From assembly GCA_050084985.1 (NCBI GenBank), contig JBITNC010000001.1:85250001-85314000 (forward strand): DNA of 64,000 bases. The letters run 5' to 3'. The position numbers were made by a program, and so were the translations under genes. The stretch is from Nageia nagi (lineage: Eukaryota; Plantae; Pinophyta). This document shows, piece by piece, positions 36,398 through 50,400 of the stretch; position 1 is the first letter of the stretch, and each line of letters starts with the position of its first letter. The notes under the pieces were generated by a model that had not been told where the DNA came from, did not search any database, and was given only the letters and a program-made list of their open reading frames with translations.

Positions 36398-38256
36398 TAG
36401 ATCTATCTATGTAGATCTAGATGTGTCTCCATCATCAATCCTCCTCTTTTTAACTTATGTAGATGTCTTCTATTGTATAACACAAATAAAATTAAGTTAG
36501 CATACATATTACAAACCATATTTGTAATTACTTTAAGTATTTAATAAAATAAAATTAATCTATCTACAAATTTTTAAAATGGACATAAATATTACCATAT
36601 CATGATGCTAAGATCCTCCCTTAATAACTATATCCTATTGTGCAGATGATGTGTCGATATCATTGAGATGAAATGCATGAGAAACCACATCGTAGAAGAT
36701 AAAACAAAAAATATTGAAAAAAATGGAGTTTTTAAATGGATATATATTTTTAAGACCTACAAATCGCATGCACATACATAGTACCAAAAATGAAGTATAT
36801 ATGAGTGACCACCTATGGAGTGGTGGATGTTGAAGGCTCTTCCATCAACATGCCCTCTTGTCAATCGAATGCGATCATATTAGGATGGACATCTACTTGA
36901 AATAAAATTTATATTTTTAGCATACACATGTTCAAATGTTAATAATATATAACAAAATTAATATGAAAAAAGCATAAACTCTATATACTTATTTACCTCA
37001 AAAGGTATGTTAGTAGATCTAGGAGTGGATGTCATAAAATCTCTATGAGATACACCTAAAGTGGAGCCTCCCATCATCTATGATAAAACATGTAAAAATA
37101 TTTACATTTTAAATTAAGTATACATATAATTCAAATTAATTTAGATATATTCTTTACATTCATGTTAATTACACTAAAAATATGGTAAATCTACCTCTCT
37201 CAGGAAGGTCAATATCATCAATGGACATCATCTCTATATAACATATCATATGATCAACCAAAGAGGGGTAAATACATATATTATCACAACTCTACAAAAT
37301 TGGAGTGCAACTCCACCAACTCCAACATCATCTCTATGCTCACTGACATTAGCTACCACATGGGTAGCTTGTTCAGTGAGAGTCTGGGTCACCTAACTCA
37401 ATACTCCCAATGCCAAAATAACTACCTAATGAAAATTTGGGGTAGGAATAGGAGTAGGTGGAGGGATGAGTGGTGTAGGATGCACGAGTCAACCTAGATT
37501 AACCAATGCTCTAGATCTATTTTGCCTCAAGCTAGGACCAATCCCTTGATTATGTATCATATCAAAATAATTCACATGCTTTCCTAATATGCACTCGGCA
37601 TATATTTTCTTCCAAAAAATAAAGGGACATTAGAATTGGAGTGTGGTGGTTTATCAAACATCATCCACCATTGATCCCAAAATTTCTCAGTTATCATAGG
37701 ATGGATGCACCAATCATAAGAAATTATTTTTTTATTAGGAGGGATATGTTATCTAGTAGATAGATCAATGAATAATGGAGCAAGGCTAGCTTTGGTAATA
37801 CCTAACTTGTTTACCTCTCAAGTGGAGAGACCATCTAAATAATATTACCTCATGCACTCTCTCCATGACTTGAAACCATACATATCACCATCAACACTCC
37901 TAATAGTATCACCTATAGTTTGCATAAAAGATACAAACTATATAACATGGTTGAGGGAGCTATGAATACTCTAAATATGGTGAATATTTTCTTGTAAATG
38001 GTTAATGTTATGAGAAATAACATCTCATAAATGTTGCTCATCTACACTAGTGGGCTAGGGTGGGTGTGGGGGTGTAGGGGGGAGGTGGAGAGGGTGGACG
38101 GGGTGGAGGATCGACATGTGGTAAGGGTGGAGGATTTATATGTGGAGGGGGTGAAGGATTGACATGTGGAGGGGGAGAACTTAGTGGGATATTTTGGGTC
38201 ACATCATGTAGTGTCTCATGTATGTCATGATAAAATTAATGGGATGAGTTAGCCAT
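36398..38256 (-). pseudogene. Degenerate multi-exon gene of unknown family inside the Sola2-like element, convergent with the transposase
   Basis: GC-richer blocks alternate with AT-rich blocks bounded by minus-strand GT/AG sites. The first block is Pro-rich (38050-38180). The main block reads DTIRSVDGDMYGFKSWRECMR*YYLDG...KIISYDWCIHPMITEKFWDQWWMMFDKPPHSNSNVPLF...YAECILGKHVNYFDM. Confidence 0.55.
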
Positions 38257-38849
38257 GATAGAAAAAAGACACCTATAAACATTATCAATAACATAGAAAT
38301 AGAAATAAACTCATGATCACATTAGAAATATCACATGTTTAATGAGAAATATGACAAATATGCAAGGAACTTATCATATAATACAACTCTATAAATACAT
38401 AAAATCTAATCAAATTTGAAAATCAAACAAGGTATGCAATCAATAAAACATAAGAAAAGCCTATATGAATATGTAATCAAAGATAAAATATTTCATTTAA
38501 ATATTTATATTTATCTCATTAAACATTGTACACAACCAAAGTCAAGCATGACTTCAAATCTCAAAAGATAAAAGTAGTAAGTATTTCCTTATCATGAATG
38601 ATGAAGCACCACATCCTAGTTTTATCTCAAGTAGGGCTATTAGACTCATAACACATCAAGTATGTCCAATACAATATAAAGAAGATAAAAAAGAGGTAAA
38701 TATATGGTTAGATATTATAATATTTAAAGCATTTAAATGAATTAATAGATTATTAATTTCTAATTTTAGAAAAATGATGCATGCTAAAATTATAATTTTT
38801 TAAAGGACAAAGTTTAAGACCTAAATAAACTAAATTGAGATAAATAACT

Positions 38850-39349
38850 TGTTGGAATGTATAAAGCATTATTGTAAAGGTTTTGTAATAATATTCTATG
38901 TAAGTTCACTAATACTTAAGGGTATCATTTGATACCTTAAGTATTTAAGTGAATATGATAATGTAACTTGTCCTACACTCCATGTCATGAACATTCTTCT
39001 TAGGTAAAAGGATGTGCGTATCATGCTTTTGTACATTGGATAAAAAGGTGATCCAAAGAGGGATTTTGGCCTACAAATAGAAGGCTCCATATTTATGATT
39101 ATATATCAATTTGTGGAGTAAAATTATGCTATAGGATAGTGTTTCGGTGATGATATTAGGAGATTGTAAGAGATTCATATTTGTGAATGAAGTGAGATCT
39201 AGTTAGTGGATGTACTCCTAGTTGGAAGAACCACTTACATATTGAGTTATCTATGTGAGATTGATTTTTGAGTTTGTTAGATATGAATTGTGAGCTTTCA
39301 TATGATCTTTGGAGTTTACAATTGCTTATGTTATAGTTCAAATCTCTAA
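38850..39349 (+). repeat. Copia 5' LTR
   Basis: Starts TGTTGGAATG; followed by the PBS. Confidence 0.93.
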
Positions 39350-39620
39350 TTTGATATCAAAGCTTGGTGTGGAAGCTCATCTTCAACTTGGAGGTCTTTA
39401 TTCTTCACCCACAAATTTCATTGTGAGGTAAAAGAGCTTCAAAGGTAAAAAACTTCCTTTTTTTTGAATTAAAAATATATTTTGTGTTATGTTAGTCCTT
39501 TTTTATGGCAAAATATGCTTAAATTTAGAAACATATTAATATGCAATCTTTTGTTAGTGACATCTTTTGTTGTAATTACTTACAAAATATGTTTAATATG
39601 TTGCTATAACTTCTTTTGAA

Positions 39621-39730
<110 letters not shown>

Positions 39731-39933
39731 TTTATGATTGTGTACAAAATTGTTACATTTTTTTTACACAATTATATTCTTACCATAACACTTTTTTAAC
39801 AATATATATTTTTTATCAAAAAAAAGGGAGGAATTTTTTTTTTACAGCAAAATTTTTTAATGTTGGTAGAAAGCCATTTTTATATATATATATATATAAA
39901 ATTATGAAATTATAGTAAGGGGAATAGTGGTAA

Positions 39934-40040
39934 TATCAAAAGTGGGTTTTGAACCCATGACCTCCTTAGAGGGTTTGAACTTAAGTGTAGCCTTTTTTAT
40001 AAAAAAAAAAGCTTCTCAACCAGCTAAGTGGCCTCACCCT
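39934..40040 (-). tRNA. Degenerate tRNA-Leu-like sequence in the Copia 5' leader, interrupted by a T/A run
   Basis: Plus strand tatcaaaagtgggttttgaacccatgacctccttagagggtttgaacttaagtgtagcc resembles the reverse complement of the 3' two-thirds of plant tRNA-Leu(CAA) as I recall it (acceptor, T arm, long variable arm, anticodon loop cttaagt). An A-box-like tagctggtt lies further along on the minus strand. Confidence 0.55.
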
Positions 40041-42310
40041 ATCATTGCTTTTCCTTGTTCATGTTAGCTTTTTTTTTTATGTGCATTATTTGTTGTTCTT
40101 AGATGTGTTATTTTTTTCTCCTACATGCCCTCTTACTAATCACCAAGCTAGACTCCCTTAGTAGGCACTACTGAGTGCCCTCCTCCTCTCACTCTTCTTC
40201 TTCTCCCTTTGTGCCTTATGCCTGGCCTCTATTCTCTGTATCTAAGCTTTAGGGTGGACATTTTTTTGTTTTCCAAGTCTAGCTTTGCTCTCTGACTAGT
40301 GTAGGCAGTGAAGATTATTTTTACCAATGTTGGCCCTACTACCTCCATCTCTATGACATGCATTAAAATGCACTTATTTGTTGCATGTGTGACCTCTCCT
40401 TCTCCTATGACACCTCCATGGTAGATGTCAACTTCTTGTTGTGTGTGAACCTCCATAGTAAAACTTATTATGCCTATCAGTTGCATGACTATTTCTTTCC
40501 TCGCATAGCTCCTTCTCTCCTAAGGACTCCTTCCTCTTGGCCCTTCTACTGCCCTTCATCCGATCCTCCACCTACTCCTTTGCAGCACCATGCACCACTT
40601 AATATCCCCATCACCTTCCATGGTGTACTCACTACTTCTATAGGCCATTAATAGGCCCTCATAATATTAAATCCTTCCTCTTTGACAATTTTTTGAAAAT
40701 TTATTACTCTATGGTTGATTGCAAGGAACTTATTTTGTTTACTTGCAAACAAAGTTTTGATAGACCATCATTTTTAAACTATTAATGCACCTAAAAGCAT
40801 TAAATTGTTAAATTAATTTGACATTTATGATGATGAGCCTTTAAAAGTTTACTACTTGAGTTTTATTTTTTGTTTTCAAGCAAATGAAAGGAAGATAATA
40901 TTTATTGCTCTTAAAATTAGGAGGAAATTTATTATGCATGATGGTCAAATATTGTAATCATTCCTCTTAAATGCCTTTCTACTTTTAGGAAAATGTGGAA
41001 AAAATCCAATAATTTTTTTTTAAGCATTTTACACTTTTAATACTTCTAAAATATACATTTCTTACTAACATAGTGTTATTTTAAAAGTATTAAAGGGTTG
41101 TATATATATATATGTTTTTTTTGCTAAATGAAAAAGCAATTCACTTTAGCATGCTATTTTTTAGTATGGTGAAAATGAGAACTTAGCCTCATTTTTTTTG
41201 TAACCTTTTAATCATAAGCATTTATTGAAGGGATCATTTTTTACCTAAAATGAAAATTTACTTTGATCCTTTACGCTTAGGATGTATGTTCACTACTTAG
41301 AATATTTTATGCAAACTTGGAAATGATGCATACTAGGTATTCATTTGTATTCCTTATGCAAAGTTAATTAATAGGATGATGCATGTTTGGACTTAATTTT
41401 TGAATTTAAAATATGCATGCTTCCTACTTATTTTTTCAGTTAATAATGCATGTTTGTTACTTAAAATCTGAAGTTATGATGCATTTTTTTATTTCCTTAT
41501 GCAAGAATGGAATAAACTTGTATAAATGAGGTATTATGTAAAAGATGTCCTTTAGGGGTTGGTAAACAAAACCCATTGGACACTTATATTTCAAATTGAA
41601 TGGATGATGTTTTACTTATGCTTTTTTACTTCATGTTTCACATTTGGCTTTATTTTCTTATGCAAACATTAAAATGAGCAACCCCCTAAAATAAACACAT
41701 CTGCATGTACATTCTACAACATAACTTGTTTGGGGAGCCATTAGGTGACGATAAGTAGACTAGAGCCTTTAAGTTCAATGATCCAAATGGTGAAAATTCC
41801 ATACTTATCAATTGCCTCTAATTCCTTTATTGGTTTGGACATAACTCCAATAGGTGGATAGGCATGTGTGTAGTGATACCACATGTCCACACATCTATTC
41901 AAAAATTATCTTGATAACCTAAGAGGATATCATGAAACCTAATCAATATTAATATATACATCATAACTTTGAAAAATAGTAAGTACTTTTTGTGAGAGTA
42001 TAATACTGACCAAGGTGAACTAGTTGAGGATTGGCAGTACTTGGGCTCCTCTTATGTAGGCATCCAAGTGAAGACCTAATTTTAGATAAAAAAAATAAGC
42101 CTCAATAATGTCATTCTACATCTATCATTCTTAAGATGAAAAATATATTTGGATTATTATTTGATTTCTAAAACATTTGCACTAGTGAATCAAACAAAGC
42201 ATGTCTTATTTAATTAAATGAAACATGTATTACTTACTTGGTTAAAAATTAAGATATAATGTTATTTATTGAGCCACATGTTTATTATTTTTCACATTCT
42301 TGTGTAGTAA

Positions 42311-45300
42311 ATGGGAGACTCTTTTTTACCCAAACGCATTCTTGATGGTTCAAACTTTGGGATTTATAAATATTAGATGAGAGTTAAATTACAGGCAAAG
42401 AAGCCTTGGCAAATAATGAATGAGAACCTTGTTATTCCTATAGATGAGAAAGCACTTAAGACCTATAACTCTAAGAATGAGTTGGCTACCTCCATATTTT
42501 TTGTAAAGTTTCAGATGATGTGCTCTTGATGATTTTCTCTTCAACTTTACCAAAGGAATCTTAGGATAAGCTTAAGTAAATCTACCTTGGTTCAAAATTT
42601 TTAAGAAGGTTTGCTATTCTCCAAAACTTGTTTCAATCTCCTCAAGGGGAAGATTAAAATATGGTTATCTACTTGAACATAATCATTGACATAAGGACCC
42701 AACTTGTTACTTATGGGTGCAATTGAATCAATGACGAGTTCATGGTCTTCATCATTCTTCAAAGCCTTTCTTCAAAGTTTGGAAACTTTGTGATGATTAT
42801 GGATACAAAGCTTGATGATAAAGAAGTATTCTCCCTTGAGAACTTTTCTAGGCTTCTTTTGAAGTATGAGTAAAATTTTAATAAAAAGGTGTTGATTTCT
42901 TCTCCTAAAGATAATAATATTTCTCTTGGAGCAACCAAAACTCATTTCTATAAGAAGTTCAACCATCAAAAGAAATCTTATCCTCCTCCCTCCAAAAGAT
43001 TTGAGAAAAGAGGTAATGGAAACAATAGCAGTACGAACAATGATAACAACATAATAATAGGAACAATAACAACAATAGAAAGAACAAGGGAAACAACAAC
43101 CACTTCAAGCAAAGAGATGGAAAAGGCAAAGTAAATAATCCATATCGTAAGAAAAAAATTGATGGTAATTGTAACTAGTATGGCATCCAAGGTCACAAAG
43201 AAGTTGATTGCTATAATAAAAAAGAGAGAAAAAGAATTAAGGTAATGGATATGTAAAAAAATTCGAATGAAAGAAGAATATTTAAGCTAATTTTGCTATA
43301 ATGCTCTATTCCATGTCTCACACTTTTTCATCTAATTAGATTATTTACTCTAGTTGCACTTATCACCTATGTTTTGAAAGGGAAAAGATTGAAAATTTTC
43401 ACATGTATAGAAAAAATGTGGTTATGATGGATGATAACTCTATCCTTGAAGTTCAAGGTATTAGAAGTGTCTTGATTCATAAGAAAGTTCTTGAAAATGT
43501 ACTCTATGTTCCTAAGCTTAGGATGAACCTTTTCTCCATGATCCAAGTTGCTAGGAAAGGGTATTGTTTGAGTTCAAGTCTCAATCTTGGGGCATGAAGA
43601 AAGGAATTGCCACTTTGGTTAAAGGATTAGTGAAAGATGATCTCTATATTATGGATCAAGTGCTATCAAAGATGTGTCTTTGTACAAGTGTGTGTTCTAA
43701 AGGCAATCTTTGGCACCAATGTTTAGGGAACATTAACCATAAGAGTATTCAAGTCATAAAAGACCAAGAACTTATGGAAGGTTTGTCTTCTATTTCACCT
43801 TCAATTGGTCTGTATGAGAAGTTCATCCTTAGTAAGATGCATAGGAAAAAGTTTGAAAAAGATAAGGTAATAAAAGCATCTCAACCTCTTCAACTTATTC
43901 ATTTAGATTTGATGGGTTCATTTTAGACTGTCATTTGAAGGAGCATCTTACATCTTGAACTTTATTAATGACTTTAGTAGGATGACATTTGGGTATCTAC
44001 TTGAGCATAAGGATCAAACTTGTAGGAGTTTTAAAAATTTTAAGACCTTAGTTGAAAATCAAACTAACCTTAAAATCAAGATGTTGAGATCAAATAATAG
44101 GGGAGAATATAATAGCAATGAGTTCAATGTCTATTGCACTAAGTATTAAATCAAGAGGTAGCTTACAATTCCATACACTTTTTAGCAAAATAGTGTTATC
44201 AAAATGAAAAATAGGATAATTATGGAGATGGCTAGATGCATGCTAGGTAATATTCCTAGTTTGTTATGGGGTGAAACTATGAGCATTGATATTTACACCT
44301 TGAATAGGTGTCCCATAAAATTCATTTATGTTTAAACTCCTTTTGAGACATGGTTAAAAAGAAAACATAACATTTCTCACCATAGGTTGTTTGGTTGTGA
44401 AGCATTCTCCAACATTATTTTTGAGAAAAGGTAAAAGTTGGAAAAATGAGCTAAAAAGTCCATCTTTATGGGTCATGATAATTAGCATAGAGGATATAGG
44501 CTCTACTCTCTATCCTACAAAGGAGTGTTCATTTCTAGTGATGTAAATTTCAATGAACTTTTTGAAGAATTTATTTTTAATAAGGATGTTGATGATCTAG
44601 ATGACTCATTAGTTGCTCCTAGCTAGTTGGATATAGATATGGATAAGTTACCTTAGGAATAAAACTCTCCAAATCAAAGGGTAACAAGAAGCATGACCTT
44701 GAACAAACCCTTATTTACCAATATTGACAACAAACATAAGTCGTCATCTTTCAAGGATGCCTTTAAGCACAAGTACTAGGTAGAAGCCATGAAAATGAAG
44801 TATGAGACACTTATGAAAAATAAAACTTAAGATTTAGTTTTTTATCCTAATTAGAAAAATATGATTGGTAATAAATGGATATATAAGGTCAAGTATAATT
44901 CTATTAGGGATATTGAGAAATACAAGGTAAGGTTAGTAGCCAAAGGTTTTGCTCAAAAATAAAATGTAGATTATGAGGAAACATTTGCTACCATGGCAAA
45001 GATGCCCACTATCAAAATTATCTTTGCTATTTTTGTAGCTCAAAGATGAAAAGTTTTTCAACTTAATGTTAAGAGTGAAATTTTCAATAGTGACTTAGAT
45101 GTGGAAATCTTCATGAATCAACTAGAAGGGTTCATTATGGATGTCAAAGAGTCATCTATGTGCAAAATAAAGAAGTCTTTATATAGACTTAAACAAGCAC
45201 CTAGAGCTTGGTACAAGAAGATTTTTAGGTACTTTGGAAATATTGGTTTCTCCAAGTGTTTTTTTTACTCTGATCTATATGTGCTTAATCAAGAAAAAGA

Positions 45301-46285
45301 TATGGTATTGATTTTTTTTTTATTTAGATGATCTTTTGATTACTAGGAGCAATGATGAAATCATTTAAGAGTGCATAGCCAAACTTAAGGTAACATTTGA
45401 ATTGATTGATCTTGGTCTTTTGCACTACTATCTTGAAATGCAAGTGTATCAATACAAGGATTGTACTTATCTTAGTCAATCTAAGTATATATCATACATC
45501 TTACAAAAGTTTGGAATCGAGGAGTGTAGATATGCTATGATCCCAATCTCTCTTGGAATCACTATTTCTCTAAGTTCTAAGTCTCAAATGGTTGTTGCTA
45601 CCACCAACAGGTAATTAATTGGTAGTCTTTTGTATTTGACTATACCTAAACTAGATATTACCTTTGTAGTAAATCTAATGGCATGATTCATGCATAAACC
45701 ATATGTTGAGCATCTTAATGTTGTTGAGCAAATATTGAGGTATGTTGCAAAAATTAAAAATCTTACTCTCAAGTATTCTAAGTTACCTTCATTTATTCTA
45801 ACTTCATTATCAGATTCTAATTATGGAGGAGATAAATATGATAGAAAATTAACCTCTACATATATGTTTAGCATTGGTTCAAGTGCTAGCTTTTGGGCTT
45901 CCAAGAATCAACCCACTATTTTTCTTTCCACCATAAAAGTCAAATACTATGTCATATCTATTGCAGCCTAAGAAGCTATTTGGCTAAGGCATATTTTGAA
46001 AGAAATTAGATATGACCAAGCTGGCTCTTTTTAATTTTTTCAAACAATCAATCAACTATTTCTTTAGCTAAGAATCTTATGTTTCATTAGAGAACAAAAC
46101 ATATGACAAACCATTCCCATTTTATCAAAGATAAGGTAATTGATGGCATCATACACTTGGAGTATTATCCATCCACATTGAACTTTGTTAATTTGTTCAC
46201 CAAGCCCCTCTCGAAAGTTCAATTTTGTAAGCTTAGGGATGCTATCAGGTTGGTGAAGTTGTCTTCAAAGGGGAGTGAAGCTTGA
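42311..46285 (+). pseudogene. Copia gag-pol (gag, protease, integrase, RT, RNase H) with many stops and frameshifts
   Basis: LDGSNF, GHKEVDC knuckle, VLYVPKLRMNLFS, LWHQCLGN, LIHLDLMG, IKMLRSNNRGEY, KVRLVAKGFAQ, KSLYRLKQAPRAWY, DLGLLHYYL, SDSNYGGD, NLFTKPL; integrase precedes RT. Confidence 0.93.
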
Positions 46286-46963
46286 ATTCTTATATTGAAT
46301 TCATGTTTATGATGATAACTTCACCCTTAGGAGGATTTTATGTTTTATAGTGTTAATTTTATTGTACACCTTCATGGTAAGTTTGCTCTGCATGAACTTG
46401 TATAAATTTTAGAACCAAAACATTGGCCAATATAGCACTATTCAGTTACCCATGTGTGAGGAACTCTTATGTGTCTTTTAGCACTATTCAATTATTCATA
46501 TGTGAGGAACTTGTATGTGCATGCTCTATTTTATAATGATGATCAACACATATTTTATATATAGCAGGTGACTATGAGTTTTTTGGCTTGGCATCTTCAT
46601 GATGACTTATAGTGCATCATTGATCAATTTATGATGGAATTTATTTGATTCATCTATCTTTGTTGATATGAATATATTGCATCTAACTGATCTTTTTATT
46701 TGAGCTACTTATGACTTGCAAGTTCCTTTGAGATTACAAGTTACTTACTTCAGGGATGTAGGCTTTTGGAGACTCTTCATGACTTATAGTTGGATGACTA
46801 CTTTAGGCTCTTGGCAAAGTAATGAATTGCAAACTAGAATTTTCTTACTTCACAAATATGTAAAAAGTTCACATATTTTTTGTATCTATATAGAGGAGAA
46901 CTCTCTTACTCTCTCTCTTTCTTCTCTCTTATTCACTCTATCCCATATTACATTAAGGGGGAG

Positions 46964-47429
46964 TGTTGGAATGTATAATGCATTATTGTAAAGGTTTTGT
47001 AATAATATTCTATGTAAGTTCACTAATAATTAAGGGTATCATTTGATACCCTAAGTATTTAAGTGAATATGATAATATAACTTATCCTACACTCCATGCA
47101 ATGAGCATGCCTCATAAAAGGATGTGCATGTCATGCTTTTGTACATTGGATAAAAGGATGATCCAAAGAGAGATTTTGGCTTATAAGTAAAAGGCTCCAT
47201 CTTTGTGATTATATATAAATTTGTAGAGTAAAGTTATGTTATAGGATAGTATTTAGGATATGAGTTTAGGAGATTGTAAGAGATTCATATTTGTGAATGA
47301 AGTGAGATCTAGTTAGTCGATGTACTCCTAGTTGGAGGAACCACTTACATCTTGAGTTATCTTTATGTGAGTTTGTTAAATGTGATTTTATAAGTTTAGA
47401 GTTGCTTATGTTATAGTTCAACTCTCTCA
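46964..47429 (+). repeat. Copia 3' LTR
   Basis: Preceded by the PPT; ends CTCTCA followed by the TSD; shorter than the 5' LTR because of small deletions. Confidence 0.93.
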
Positions 47430-50400
47430 TAACTTACAACATAATTTTAGGATCTAAAACATAAATATATTTACAAAATAAAATTACTTAATAGAGTTTG
47501 AAAGTTTCATTTGAGAGAAAAAAGGATGTAAGTTATGTATTTTTGAATAAAAAGTATTTAATTGTACATGAAAGTTTTTATATCTACTATAAATTTAGAA
47601 ATAAGAATTTAGAAACTAATATGATTAATAAACATTCATTATGCCTTTGTGGACTTGAATTATCTTGAAGAGCATGATGGACCTAACCTTCTTAGTAATT
47701 CGCTCAACCATGACAAGTATATGGATAAAATACTAGAGATCTTGTAAAAAATATTACTAACCTAATGAAAACTCCTTCGTACCTATAACTCTTAGCATGA
47801 AAAAGTAAATAGTGAAAATTAAATGAATTATATTCTATTTATTTCAATGCCCCTCCTATTAAGGATGGGTTAAATATTTAAGAATACATTTCTTAAAAAT
47901 TGATATTAATTTTCAAATGTAAGATTATATTATGGAATGATCATGAGGTTTTTATTATATTCTTAATAACTATAAAAGAAGTTACTTTATTCTTAGTAAC
48001 TATAAAAGAAGTAAAGGAAATAAAATATCCTTTATGGGCTAAAATGAATTCAAGGTAACAAAAAGTACATTATTATTGGGGAATCAAAGGAATCCAAATA
48101 AATATAAACTCATTTTGAATGGTACTTGGTAAAATCGAGTACCTAGTTTTAGCATCTTTGTCAATAAATATGTACCAATAAGCCTTGTTTCTTAGAGGTT
48201 AATGAATTACCTTATGAGATGTTTTATTTTTTCTTAACCTTAAATATTTATGATATTTAATTATATGATAGATGAAATAAATTCTATTTGATGGTGATTC
48301 ATTTGTTGATATTCATACAAAGTTATATTTTAACAAATGTATATTATTTGTTTCATATTGAGCCAATTATGATGTATGTAGTTATTCTCTTTCTAGTTTC
48401 TACCATAACTCATTCCATTTGATTTATTTATGATGCTATAATTGCTTAAAAGTAGAAATGAAAAGTAAGATGAAATTGAAAATCTATGATGAAATAACAA
48501 ATATATTAAGATGATTTTATTAAGATGTTGAGTGAGATGAAGGCCACAAGGTGTATTCCAAATTATACAATACCTATGTCTTTGAATACTAGACAATTTC
48601 AACAAATGAAATTGAACTATTTGCTATAGCATTATTTTTTAATACAAAAATTTCATGGTATTGAACTATTTTTTATGAATCTTATACAATTGTACAATGA
48701 AGGGTTTGAAAAGGAGGTGCAACAATGACAACTATGAAAGGAGAAATGCTTTAAAGAAATAGAAAATACTCAAACTAGGAAGATTAGGTTTTGAAAAATC
48801 TATTTAATATAACTTTTCTTTTGCTCACAAATTAGTTTTTTTAGTCAAGGTTTTGAAAAAGTGAGTTACGATGCATTGAGTTCTTAAGGAGATTAGAGTT
48901 TTAGGAAGTTTTCGCTTAGATATATCCCCAAATATAGACAAATTAAAAAGCCTAATTATCTTTAAAATCAACTTTTAATTAAACAAACTATCTACAAGTT
49001 CATCCATCCTACAAAGAGTCACTATAGGGATATAATATTCATAACTTTATAAGTTTAACTTTCAATTAAGCTTTTATATAAAAGAAATAAGTATGTTTTT
49101 TACCTATTATTTACCATATGAAGAATGTTTTGATTTTCCTTTTCAAATTTTAAAACTATATTCAAAAATACCTATGAAAATTCTCAACCATTAATTTTTA
49201 AAATGTATTGATGGTTCCTAAATATAACAAATATCAAAATTTTTATCCTAATAGATATTTGTTTTCTATATTAGATAAAATAGGTTGTGATTATCTCAAC
49301 CTTCAAATCATTTATGATATCTATATATAAGAATTGAATTGTTCATTGTATGATTTAATGAAATTATACTTACTTAAATCTCTTAGTATGAAATTTGGAT
49401 TCTTAGTGATTGAAAAATGAACTAATTTAATACTAGATAATGATGCATTTGATAAGTTGAGATATATAATCTGTTAGGGTAAATTTCACACTAATCCATC
49501 TATCTTAATATCATCAAAATTTGAATATGAATCTGTTTACATCTACTTCATTATTTAGTTCAAAATATATCTATCTTAGAGTTATATGAACAAAAATACC
49601 AAAAACCTACAAATTTTAACAAAAAAAAACTACATATGTTAACAAAAAAACCATATTTTTTACAATTTTTTCTTATCAAATTTATGAAAAAAATATATAT
49701 TTTAACCCAACAAAAGAGTAGTTGATGGGGTGGACCACTTACCATGAGAATGTAGAGAGAATTTGAAAGTAGCTAGTGGGTTTTTAGTCACTCAAATCAA
49801 GATCCTAAAACTTGGAAGCTACCTTGTGCATCATGGCTGGGAGGTGCAAGCTATGGAGTTGGAAAATGAGATCTATGGCTTGGAGTAGGGTTGTTATGGT
49901 GAGCATATCAAGATTCCACAATATCAAGATCTTGATATACATTGGGTTTCCAAGCCTATATCAGGATCCTGATATGTTTAAGGATCAAAGGCTCGAAATA
50001 TTAGGATCCTAATTTTTTTCATATTAGGATCTCGATATTTTTTACCCCAAATTTTTATTTTGCACTTCCTCTTGAAGTGGACCGATATTCTTGCTTTCAC
50101 CTTCATGTTATTTATAATTTTGATCTTAGTTGCTTATATCTCAAATTTAATTAACATTATTCATGTTAATTATATTTGATCATTTACTGTGTATTATCAA
50201 AATATTATTATATTAATTTTTAATATTATTGGTCGAATTAATATGACTAATTTATTTATTATTTAGTTTACAAGAAAATAGTTGGATAGATCTTACACCT
50301 CACCTTGCCATATCATTGATGATTCATCTATCAGGAAAATAAGAAAATCTAAAACTCAAGTCATTCATTGATGACTCACTGATTATGCTCCAAATATGCT

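Noticed and set aside
36170-36400. Roughly 105-bp direct repeat, plus small duplications at about 47960-48012 and 54408-54510
   Set aside because: Ordinary local duplications inside decayed transposons; no sign of function.
41915-41945. ctaagagg...gaaac resembling a hammerhead ribozyme core in the Copia leader
   Set aside because: The CUGANGA box is incomplete and I could not identify the flanking stems; an Infernal search would be needed.
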